Positions 26,905 to 37,558 of a stretch of DNA of 64,000 nt are shown here, in pieces. Position 1 is the first letter of the stretch; each line of letters opens with the position of its first letter. A model generated the notes under the pieces. It saw only the letters and a program-made list of their open reading frames with translations. It was not told the DNA's origin and did no database searches. The stretch comes from Chiloscyllium plagiosum. Taxonomy: Eukaryota. The DNA is taken from contig NC_057718.1 of assembly GCF_004010195.1 (NCBI RefSeq), positions 68,639,223-68,703,222 on the forward strand. The letters are read 5' to 3'. The position numbers and the translations under genes were made by a program.

Positions 26905-27815
26905 CACTACGAGCAACAGAAGAAAAATACCGTCCAGTCTATTCAAGATGAATGGGTACCCAATAAGTACAGCCTGCCGATTCTTAAACCACAAACCCAA
27001 ACAAGTAGGCACAACACGCCCAGAAACTCTAGTCTCATTACCATATATCAAAGACATCTCTGAAATGACTACCAGTCTACTCCAACCCCTTCACACGGGA
27101 CTAAGCAACACCTCCATTCCGGTTAGATTCACACATGTATTGGGACATAATTTTTAACCGTTTCACCACAATATCAAAGACATCTCTGAAATGACTACCA
27201 GTCTACTCCAACCCCTTGGCACTAGGGTAGCCCACAAACGACCAACACACTTAAACAGCAGCTGATGAATCTAAAGGACTCTATACAAACAACAAGCGAA
27301 GTGAATGTCATTTACAAAATACCATTCAAGGACTGTAACAAACACTACATTGGACAGACAGGCAGAAAACTAGCTACCAGGATACACTAACACCAACTAG
27401 CCACCAAAAGACATGACCCACTATCACTGATATCCTTACGTACAGATGAAGAAGGACACCACTTCAACTGGGACAACACATCCATCCTAGGACAGGCCAA
27501 ACAGAGACACACAAGGGAATTTCTATGGGCCTGGCATTCAAACCAGAACTCCATCAATAAACACGCCGATATGGACCCCATTTACCAACCTCTGAGGAAA
27601 AAGAACCGGAAATGATATCACCCACCTTAAGAGACCAAGACACATACATAGAAAGCAGGACAGAACACCAGTGCTTCACCAGAGGCTTACTGATGATGTT
27701 ACTTAGCATGGTGGTGAAATGTCAGAAAAGAAATCTTCCAGCTCAGCGAGCAAACTTATAACCTGAACCTCAACCTGAGCTATAAATCTGCTCAAAAAAA
27801 TCACACTCAAATTTA
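26905..27815 (+). mobile_element. Penelope-like element (Poseidon-type) 3' portion
   Basis: FKMNGYP, LPYIKDISE, NVIYKIPFKDCNKHYIGQTGRKL GIY-YIG motif; hammerhead-like motif at 27690. Confidence 0.85.
27686..27726 (+). ncRNA. Degenerate hammerhead ribozyme, family C, in the 3' repeat of a Poseidon-like Penelope element
   Basis: CTGATGA(27690-27696)-T-GTTAC-loop-GTGGT-GAAA-T-GTC; stem II imperfect. Confidence 0.55.
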
Positions 27816-27904
27816 GCTTTGAAATGGAGCAGTGAAGTGAGGTTCCTTTTCTCGATATCCTGGTTGAAGAATCTGCCAAGTTCTCTGCTACTCTTAACTG
27901 CAGT

Positions 27905-28335
27905 AGACAGCCAGGAGATTGGAAGAATACAGCAAGCCAGGCAGTATCAGGAGGTGGAGAAGTCAATATTTCTGGTGTAACCCTTCTTCAGGACTGGGGG
28001 TGGGTGTCTGGGGAGCTGCAAATAAAGAGGGTCATGGGGGCAGGGTGGTGAAATGGGGGATAGGTGAAGACAGGTAAAAGGTACAACCTGATTGGTCAAT
28101 GAGAGAAATGAATCCGGTTGGTGATAGGGGGCAGTGGAAGGGATGGGTGGGGCTGGGAATGGGGTCTGGGGGTAGGAAGGGAAGTTATTTGAAATTGGAG
28201 AACTGAGTTGAGTCCTATGGGCTGTAGGCTGCCCAGGTGGAAAATGAGATGTTATTCCTCCAATTTGGCAATGGAGGAGGCCAAGGATGGTCATGTCGGA
28301 AAGGGAATGGTTAGGAGAATTGAAATGGGTGGTGA
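27905..28335 (-). mobile_element. Penelope-like (Neptune-type) 3' fragment
   Basis: Similar to 9775-10900 and 53920-54450; degenerate hammerhead ctgaagaagggttacaccagaaa on minus strand. Confidence 0.8.
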
Positions 28336-28408
28336 TTTACTATCAATATAGGATTTCTATAGTTCCATGTGCTATAAGATTACCCTTTATTGGCAACCTT
28401 GTAAATCA

Positions 28409-28652
28409 GAGCTGAAAATGTGTTGCTGGAAAAGCGCAGCAGGTCAGGCAGCATCCAAGGAGCAGGAGAATCGACGTTTCGGGCATGAGCCCTTCTTCAG
28501 GAAGGGCTTCTTTGGGCCCTTCTTCGGGCTCATGCCCGAAACGTCGATTCTCCTGCTCTTTGGATGCTGCCTGACCTGCTGCGCTTTTCCAGCAACACAT
28601 TTTCAGCTCTGATCTCCAGCATCTGCAGTCTTCACTTTCTCCTCGAAGACTT
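28409..28652. mobile_element. Family A fold-back insertion
   Basis: 88-bp inverted arms (28405-28492 / 28526-28613, one mismatch seen), exact 15-bp TSD caaccttgtaaatca (28394-28408, 28653-28667). Confidence 0.92.
28469..28503 (-). ncRNA. Minimal type I hammerhead ribozyme, family A (intact core)
   Basis: Minus strand reads TTC-CTGAAGA-A-GGGC-TCAT-GCCC-GAAA-C-GTC-GATT. Confidence 0.78.
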
Positions 28653-29371
28653 CAACCTTGTAAATCAAGCCATTTGATGAAGTTGCAAGCTTAAAACTGA
28701 AATGGTGGATCAGAACCATTCTGTGGGTTAATGGCTACCCAGACCAGGTCCCTCCTTGCTATATATTGCACAACCTGTCACTTTTGGACCCAAAAGTAAC
28801 ACACTGTACCTCTGATTACCTTGGAAAGGTAAGGTAGCTCAAAAGTCTGAGGAACAGGTGAAGTCAATTATTTCACATTGCTGCTGTATAGTAGCAGCAT
28901 ACATGGTGTTTTTGCATGTATTCTACAAACAAGTCAATTCCTCCTCATCCCTTTTCAGCTTTGACATGCTATACTGTTAATAGTAGCCTCAATTTTCATG
29001 ACAGAAATGCTTGTTTTTCTTTCTGATACCTTAGTACTGAGTGCAATTGATCAAACAGGTGTAATTGACTGTCACAAAGTTGAGCTGGAATTTAAGACCT
29101 GCCCACTGAAGCCTTCACACAGAAAAGGATTGCATAAATTGGTGTAGGAATTTCCATTAGATATTGATGACACATCAAAATAGCAATCACCCACACCCAC
29201 ACCCACACTGGCAGTTTAGTTTTATATTGTGTAGAAATCATTAGCTGTTGGAGGGATTTTGAAGGCTTTAAAGCTCGAAGCAAATAATATCTTTGGTACA
29301 TCTTTGGCTTTTGTAATTTGCACATAGAAAAGACCTGGTATCCCACGTGCTTCTATTAAATTGTAAACCTG

Positions 29372-29494
29372 GAAAAGCACATTGGATCAGGCAGCATCTG
29401 ATGAACAGGAGGATGCTGCCTGACCTGCTGTGCTTTTCCAGCACCACTCGAATCTAGACTCTGATCTCCAGCATCTGCAGTCCTCACTTTCGCC
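29372..29494. mobile_element. Family A short fold-back insertion lacking the core
   Basis: About 30-bp inverted arms; TSD taaattgtaaacctg / taaattgttaatctg (29357, 29495). Confidence 0.8.
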
Positions 29495-29999
29495 TAAATT
29501 GTTAATCTGTCCTGTCACCTTCTGAAATTTGGGTACCCACAAACCCAGGTCACTTGCTGCTCTCCCTTAAAAAGTTATGCAACTTGGCTTGTGTTGCTCC
29601 TCATTCTTTCCACCAAAAGATATCGCATAACATGTTTTTGCATTGAAATTTTCAATGTGCGTACCTTGTTTCATCAGCCTGTCTTTGTCCTCTTGATCCT
29701 TTTCACTGTTAACTAGACTTCCAAATTTTGTATCACTTGCAGATTTTAAAATAGCCCTCTTCCTCTTCAAACACTAAACCCAAATATTTTAATGTAAATC
29801 AGAAACAGCAGTGGGCTGAAAACTGAATGCTTTAGAGCTTCACTATATACTTCCTCCAGATCAGTAATAAAAATCCTGAACGAGAGATTTGTGTTTACTA
29901 TCCTAAGCCAATTTATGCATTGCATTTTTGTTTCATAGCCTCAGTTTTGCTAACCAGTTCAGCCTGGTAGTATTTTATCAAATGTGTTTTTTTTTTGAA

Positions 30000-30378
30000 G
30001 GACTGTTTTCACTGAACTGTAGGCCGTTGAGAGATAACCTGATAGGAGTTTATAAAATAATGAAAGGTATAGATAATTAATGGTAGTTGGGGAGTTTTAA
30101 GACTGTGGGTACATTTTTAAGGTGAGAGGACAGGGATTTTAAAAAAAGGCAGGAGACACATTTTTTACACAGAAGGTGGTTCGCGTGTGGAATGAACTTC
30201 CTGAGTAAATGGTGATGTGGGTACAATTACAATGTTTAAAAGACATTTGGATGGATACATGAATAGGAAAAGTTTGGAGGGATACGGGCAAGGAGCAGGC
30301 AGGTGGAACTACTTTAGTTTAGGATTATGGTCGGCATGGACTGGTTGGACAGAAGGGACTGCTTTCGTGCTGTGTGAC
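30000..30378 (+). mobile_element. CR1 LINE 3' end
   Basis: DNLIGVYKIMKGID and the shared 3' UTR (ggcatggactggttggac...). Confidence 0.8.
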
Positions 30379-31283
30379 TGACTGCACAGCATCAACTGTA
30401 CACCCCTCATTATAAAACTTGGCCAAGTTAGGGAAACATGATTTGCTGTCAACAAATTATTCTCTTCTCTAAGAACAAGGGTGTAACATTTTCAATCCTT
30501 CAGTTTTTCTTCAAGGAGGAATGTATGATTGTATGATCGCTAACTCTTCTAGAATGCAACCCATCTGGATGGAGTGATGTAAACAATGAAAGACTCATGA
30601 GGCCTTCAGAATGACCAATGAAACCCTAATTAGAACTGAGCTGATCAGCGGTGAAGTTGCATTCATGTGAACGATGACAGTGTGTATAGCTCTCCCTAAA
30701 ATGCTTTCAAGGCTTTTTCTATCAGAGATTTAAAATTTTAAATTTGATCGTTTTTGTTTATATTTTGTTTATATTATTTTTGTTTATATGGAACCCAGAG
30801 TGGGTAAATTAGATTAACCTAGGATCTAATTGCATTACAGAGTTGTCTTGAGGGCTTGTTCTTGCAGTGTACAGCAGACAATTACTTCGCCTTTTGTGAC
30901 TTTCTGACTACTTTTTAAGTGTGAATGTGAATTTCCTTCCAGTTTTCATACTACGTACCACTTGAGGAGTGAAATATTCTTTACCCAGACCTCATCCCAT
31001 GCTCCTTACTGCAAATTGTGACAAAACATTGAAGTATTGCAAACCTGCTTTTTTTCTCTTTTGCCAAAACAGCCTCACTGCATTTTCCGATCCCATGGAA
31101 TATAGAGTTTGCCTGAAGTCTACGTGAATATGAATACCCTTTTTAATGAAGTATTTTAAAAGTACTGATATTAAGATTTTAATTTTCAAAAAGTCTACGT
31201 TAAGTTAGCTTTAGTAATGGTGCTGCTTGTGTTTTTTGCTGGCTCTGAGGTAACTTCAAATTTGAACAGGTTTTTTTAAATAT

Positions 31284-31954
31284 TGTTACGACATGGGGTA
31301 AACCCTTATACTAATTTGAACCTACAGAAAAGCTCACCTCCCCTCGTAATCCGTTAAAGTATGAGTGACCAAGAACTACGAAAATCCTTCAACAACTATC
31401 TACATGGTAATTCTCCTTTGTCTGATCAATTTATCTACCTCCCACTCCAACAATGTACTGATCCGATAAAACCCATCGGTTAAGTTTAACAAAAAAAATC
31501 AAGTTTCAAAACCAGGCAGTTGTCATTGTTCCCTTGGTATCTTCATTTGTAATTTCCTGGGTCTTCAGTCTTCTGCTTCACACATTTCATATGGAAAAAG
31601 TACCTATCAGAGAGAGGCTGTGCAGGCAGTATCTTCATTCGTACTCTTTGCCATTCTAGCTAACTGTTCAAAATGGCTGATTTTATATACCCCAAAACAT
31701 TGGACAGTTTCATTGGTTTGATGTTATCCAGACATTAAAATTCAAATTTGATTGCATTTTGCGTCTTGGGGCATAATTTAAATTAATTGGCCAAATTCAA
31801 ATTTGTTGTATACCATGGCAATGCAGCTTCAGATATTTGTTTCACAATCAACTGTTTCATTTTTAAATTTTTCAGCACAGTCTTTGCCTCTCTAGGTCTG
31901 TGTCAGCTTCCACTCTCTCTCAAAGGTACAGTACACACCTACACCTTCATAACA
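31284..31954. mobile_element. Probable solo LTR (Gypsy/ERV-type)
   Basis: TGTTA...TAACA inverted termini with 4-bp TSD atat (31280-31283, 31955-31958); 671 bp. Confidence 0.75.
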
Positions 31955-33054
31955 ATATTCCTTGCATTGATGTTGTTAGCAAAGGCATTTCCTGCCCATT
32001 CCTCATTGTCCTTGAGAAGTTCATGAACTGAAATGTTGGAAAAGTTGTTATGCAATGCCATGGCCCTTTTGCTTTGTCCCAATGTAAATAATTCATTAAA
32101 ACCATATTTTGTTATTAGTAAGTCCTTGATCCTGTATTATATGGACAAATGCTGAAACACTGAGGTCACTTTGATTTTGTATAAATACATTAGTCTGCAG
32201 TCTTGATAGAAATAGGCAGTAAACAAAGGGAAAACCAACATTTCTAACTACTTGAAATGGACACACACTTGTGTGTCCATTAGTCTTGCATTCCAAATCA
32301 TAAAATGCTCCATAATTCCTTGTCACAAAACATTTTCGGTCTTTTACTTTGCTTGCTGGACAGCAAGAGTAGCCAGTGTCAACAATTATTTGAAACGCTA
32401 CAAAGACACAAAAATAATGGTCCAGATGATTTAATATTCTTTTCACTTACTTTGAATAGCATTCGGAGCGGGCAAAGCTACTACTAATCAGCTCATCGAG
32501 CCTGTGCCACGAAAGTTAGATCATAATGAATCATCTACTTCAGTGCCACTTTCTGGCATCAGCTTGATGTAATTAGTCTTCAGCAATCTTATTTACTTGA
32601 ATATGCTCATGAATTACGTTTTCACAGCCCTTTGCGAAAAAGAATTCCAAAGATTCATCACCCTCCAAATGAACAAATTTCTTTTCTTCTCGGGGAAAGG
32701 GCATGTCATTTAGGACTGAGAGCTAGTTCTAGAGTTGTCAATCGACCCTGTCACACCCTTTAAGAATTTTTGTAAGTTTCAGTTAAGTCACGCTTCATTC
32801 TACAAAACTAGGGAATGCAGAATCCATCTCTTCAGTCTTTCCCCGTAAGACAACCAAGATATTCCAGGGACTAAACTGGCAATTATATTTTAGACTCCAT
32901 TTGTAGTAAGTATATTTCCTCCCTTAGAAAAGGAGGAGAAAACTGTACACAATTTGCTAGGTTCGGTTTCAACAAAGTTTTATATATTTGCAGCAAGATG
33001 TTACTCCTGCACTCAATTCCCCTTGCAATAGATGCCTAATTGCTTGCTGAATCT

Positions 33055-33690
33055 ATAGAACATAGAAGAATACAGAGCAGTAAAGGCCCTTTGGCCCTCG
33101 ATGTTGCGCCGATCCAAGCCCACCTAACCTATACTAACCCACTATCCTCAATATACCTATCCAATGCCCGCTTAAATGCCCATAAAGAGGGAGAGTCCAC
33201 CACTGCTACTGGCAGGGCATTCCATGAACTTACAACTCGCTGAGTGAAGAACCTACCCCAACTTCAGTCCTATATCTACCCCCCCCACCTTAATTTATAG
33301 CTATGCCCTCTTGTAATACCCGACTCCATACGCGGGAAAAGGTTCACACTGTCAACCCTATCTAACCCCCTAATCATCTTGTACACCTCAATCAAGTCAC
33401 CCCTAAACCTTCTTTTCTCTAATGAAAACAGCCCCAAGTGTCTCAGTCTTTCCTCATACGATCTTCCTTCCATACCAGGCAACATCCTGGTAAACCTCCT
33501 CTGCACCCGTTCTAGTGCCTCCACATCCTTCCTATAGTATGGTGACCAAAACTGCACACAATATTCCAGATGCGGCCGCACCAGAGTCTTATACAACTGC
33601 ATCATGACCTCAGGACTCCGGAACTCAATTCCTCTACCAATAAAAGCCAGTACGCCGTATGCCTTCCTCACCGCACTATTTATCTGCATG
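33055..33690 (-). mobile_element. Young CR1 LINE 3' fragment nested in an older CR1
   Basis: Intact frame KAYGVLAFIGRGIEFRS...LEYCVQFWSPYYRKDV...RGHSYKL. Confidence 0.92.
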
Positions 33691-34588
33691 CTAGCTTTCC
33701 GTAACTCATGAACAAGGACACCCAATTCATTCAGGAACTTGCACTTCCCAACAAATCGCCATTTAAAAAAATTCTGCCTTTCCGGTTTTGCCACAAAAGT
33801 GAATAACTTCACGCTTTGTTTGCATGATATTCCACTTGTCATGTTCTCGTGCATTCACTTAGCCTGCCTAAGTCATCTTGAAGTCGCCATTTCATTTCCA
33901 TATAGTTTGGTGTCATCAGCAGATTTGGAAATATTACATTGATCCCCATATCTAAATCATCTAAATAGATTGTGAACAACTGGACCTAGCACTGATCCTT
34001 GCAATACCTGACTTGTAACAACCTGCTTTTCTAAGAATGAGTTCTGATTACCCTGTAGCCACGTCTCCATAATGACATTTCAATCATAATTTACTGCAAT
34101 GTATTAAACAAAGAACTGAGGATGCTGGTGATCTAAAACAAACAAATTTCTGGCAAAACCTCAGCAGGTCTGGCAGCATTTGTGGGAAGAAAGCAGAGAT
34201 AATTTTTAAGAGTTCAATGACTCTTCTTCAGGGCTGTTTTTGTTTGCAAATCATTTACCACATCTTCTGCATTCAAATTGTCATTCTTCTTGCAAGTGCT
34301 ATGGTTATTCCTATAGAATGCCTTTTAATTATGCTTTTTAAACATTATTCTCTATTCTGATCCTACTTGATACTTTCTAGTTTTCCACCTTTTCTAGTTT
34401 TCTACTTGTTCCAGTTCTGCTTCCCTCAAATTTAAATTCCGTTTCTGGTAAGGAGATGGGAGTCTGTGTAGTTTAAACCATCCTAAAAGCACAACCAAAA
34501 CTTCCTGAGAGGATCTGCGACCCATTCCTGCTCTGGTGTTTCACTTACTGTGGAGAAAGAGAAAAAAACTTTTATTTTTACTTCTTAG

Positions 34589-34747
34589 ATGATTTCAGAA
34601 AGTGGCGGTAGCATTTTACCCTTTGGACCCGGTGGAAAAGCACCGAGCACAGGAGGGAATCTGGCAGCTTTTGATCCCTTCTCATCAAGTCAAGCTGGTT
34701 ATAGTGGAAGTCCAGTGTTCGGAAGTTCATTCCCCCCAAACAATCAG
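34589..34747 (+). CDS. SNX9: Sorting nexin 9, probable exon 4 (low-complexity linker MISESGG...FDPF...PPNNQ)
   Basis: 159-nt open phase 0/0 exon with T-rich tract + ttag acceptor and CAG/gtactg donor; position and phase fit between exons 3 and 5; sequence diverged from mammals. Confidence 0.8.
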
Positions 34748-35183
34748 GTACTGCACATCGTCAATGCATTTCTTGCCAATACTCATTTCACAAGGTTAAC
34801 ATTCTGTATGGTTTACTCCAGTATAAAGTAGATGATGAATAAACAGAGAGAGACTTTGTAGAAAGGCTGTTCTGAATTTAATTTTTGTGTGAGTGCTTTG
34901 TCGTAGTCTAAATAGAGACCTAGTATTTGAGTGTAGAAATAAACTTGTTAAGAATTACTTAGTTGGCTTCAATAAAAGAAGTGCAGGGTCATGTTTTCAT
35001 GGGTTAGTCAGGAACGCTGGCACATTTGGTACTTTTCTTATTCTGAAGATACAGCCAATAGCAGATTCCTAATTTTGCCTCTATTTGTTGAACAACTGCA
35101 TAAAAATACAGACCCTGCAGGCCCTATTTACAGCTGCAATATGAGGGATGTAGAAATATATCGTATGACATTGTCTGTTCATA

Positions 35184-35277
35184 CTGTATTCCTGATGAAG
35201 GGTTTTTACCCGAAACGTCGATTTTACTGCTCCTTGGATGCTGCCTGAACTGCTGTGCTCTTCCAGCACCACTAATC
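35184..35277 (+). mobile_element. Solo family A hammerhead repeat
   Basis: Exact 15-bp TSD cattgtctgttcata at 35169-35183 and 35278-35292. Confidence 0.92.
35188..35223 (+). ncRNA. Minimal type I hammerhead ribozyme, family A (intact core)
   Basis: CTGATGA(35192-35198)-A-GGGT-TTTT-ACCC-GAAA-C-GTC; predicted cleavage after 35219. Confidence 0.8.
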
Positions 35278-36149
35278 CATTGTCTGTTCATAGTCAAGAA
35301 ACGTGATGCTCACTGTCCTTAGATTACGGATATTATCCTGCAAAACAATCATTATTTGTACATGAAGGATGTATCGTGTGGAATGATGCTCTATATTCTG
35401 CAGTTTGGTGGGAGAGATGTGACTGTCATAATATACTGTTCACAATTTCTAATCAGTAACAGTTTTAATAAGTTAAGGAGCTTTTGATTTGTTTAAGAAA
35501 CCCTAATAAACATAATTATTCAAAATTTCTGTTCTCAGTGGTATTTTGGATTTTATAGCTTTAGTCTCCCCTTCCTTTCCCAAGGAGACATTAACTGAAC
35601 TTGAAACTTTTATAATTCTGTTTCTAATGTATATCCATTTTGTTTTCTATTATTTTAAATGTACTAGGTGACATATAATTAAAAGATGTTCATTGGTTTT
35701 CTGTATTTACTTACAAAGCAAAATGAAGTCAGAGGTAACTGTCAACAGCAGCTTACGAAAGCAGTCTTATGTATCTGTGGCAAGAAGTCCGATGAGTTTG
35801 TATTTCTACTGTTTTCTTGGAACTGGTGCTGGAGTATGGTTGTACAAATTGTTGGTATTCATTTTCCACATGATATGAGCCAGTACATTTTAGTAGGCTA
35901 TTTGGATACAGCTGTCAGAACACCAAGCCAATCCTGTCCTAGCCTGATAATGTGCATGTCCGTTTCACTGGTATTTGCTAGGTATTGGATAGGCAAAGGA
36001 ACAATGGATGAATGCATGTGTGAATGATAAACAAAGTCCAAACTTGAATATTTTCCTATTTTGAGGAATAAAAGAGCAGAGGTAACCTTGAGGTTATTTG
36101 CCACCATAATGGAGCCACCAGCTATAGGAAAGAAAGCATGGTGACATCA

Positions 36150-37058
36150 TGAAAAATGTCCATATTACAGAGGAGGAAGAAATGGATGTCTTGAAAAGCA
36201 AAAAGGTGGATAAATCCCCAGGACCTGACCAGGTGTACCTAGAACTCTGTGGAAAGCTAGGGAAGTGATTGCTGGGCCTCTTGATGAGATATTTGTTTCA
36301 TCGATAGTCACAGGTGAGGTGCCAGAAGACTGTAGGTTGGCTAACGTGGTGTGACTATTTCAGAAAGGTGGTAAGGACAAGCCAGGGAACTATGGACTGG
36401 TGAGCCTGACATCGATGGTGAGCAAGTTGTTGGAGGGAATCCTGAGGGACAGGATGTACATGTATTTGGAAAGGTAAGGACGATTAGAGATAGTCAGCGT
36501 GGCTTTGTGCATGGGAAATCATGTCTCACAAACTTGATTGAGTTTTTTGAAGAAGTAACAAAGAGGACTGATGAGGGCAGAGCAGTGGATGAGATCTATA
36601 TGGACTTCAGTAAGGCGTTCAACAATGTTCCCCATGGGAGACTGGTTATCAAGGTTAGTTTTCATGGAATACAGGGAGAACTAGCCATTAGGATACAGAA
36701 CTGGCTCAAAAGTAGAATACAGAGGGTGGTGGCGGAGGGTTGTTTTTCAGACTGGAGGCCTGTGACCAGTGGAGTGCCACAAGGATCGGTGCTGGGTCCA
36801 CTACTTTTTGTCATTTACATAAATGATTTGAATGTGATCATAAGAGGTATAGTTAGTAAGTTTGCAGATTATACCAAAATTGGAGGTGTAGTGGATAGCG
36901 AAGAAGGTTACCTCCGATTACAACAGGATCTTGATCAGATGGGCCAATGGGCTGAGAAGTGGCAGATGGAGTTTAATTCAGATAAATGCAAATTTTGGGA
37001 AAGCAAATCTTAGCAGGACTTATACACTTAATGGTAAGGTCCTAGGGAGTGTTGTTGA
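36150..37058 (+). mobile_element. HER1/CR1 LINE RT fragment ending at gap
   Basis: GKSCLTNLIEFFEEV...[10 protein letters not shown]...KFADYTK. Confidence 0.92.
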
Positions 37059-37558
37059 NNNNNNNNNNNNNNNNNNNNNNNNNNNNNNNNNNNNNNNNNN
37101 NNNNNNNNNNNNNNNNNNNNNNNNNNNNNNNNNNNNNNNNNNNNNNNNNNNNNNNNNNNNNNNNNNNNNNNNNNNNNNNNNNNNNNNNNNNNNNNNNNNN
37201 NNNNNNNNNNNNNNNNNNNNNNNNNNNNNNNNNNNNNNNNNNNNNNNNNNNNNNNNNNNNNNNNNNNNNNNNNNNNNNNNNNNNNNNNNNNNNNNNNNNN
37301 NNNNNNNNNNNNNNNNNNNNNNNNNNNNNNNNNNNNNNNNNNNNNNNNNNNNNNNNNNNNNNNNNNNNNNNNNNNNNNNNNNNNNNNNNNNNNNNNNNNN
37401 NNNNNNNNNNNNNNNNNNNNNNNNNNNNNNNNNNNNNNNNNNNNNNNNNNNNNNNNNNNNNNNNNNNNNNNNNNNNNNNNNNNNNNNNNNNNNNNNNNNN
37501 NNNNNNNNNNNNNNNNNNNNNNNNNNNNNNNNNNNNNNNNNNNNNNNNNNNNNNNNNN
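37059..37558. other. Assembly gap (500 N)
   Basis: Run of N. Confidence 1.

Noticed and set aside
28367..28612. Same peptide MCCWKSAAGQAASKEQENRRF on both strands
   Set aside because: Consequence of the inverted repeat, not a gene
34592..34598. Alternative acceptor tttcag inside exon 4
   Set aside because: Would remove 10 nt and break the frame with exons 3 and 5
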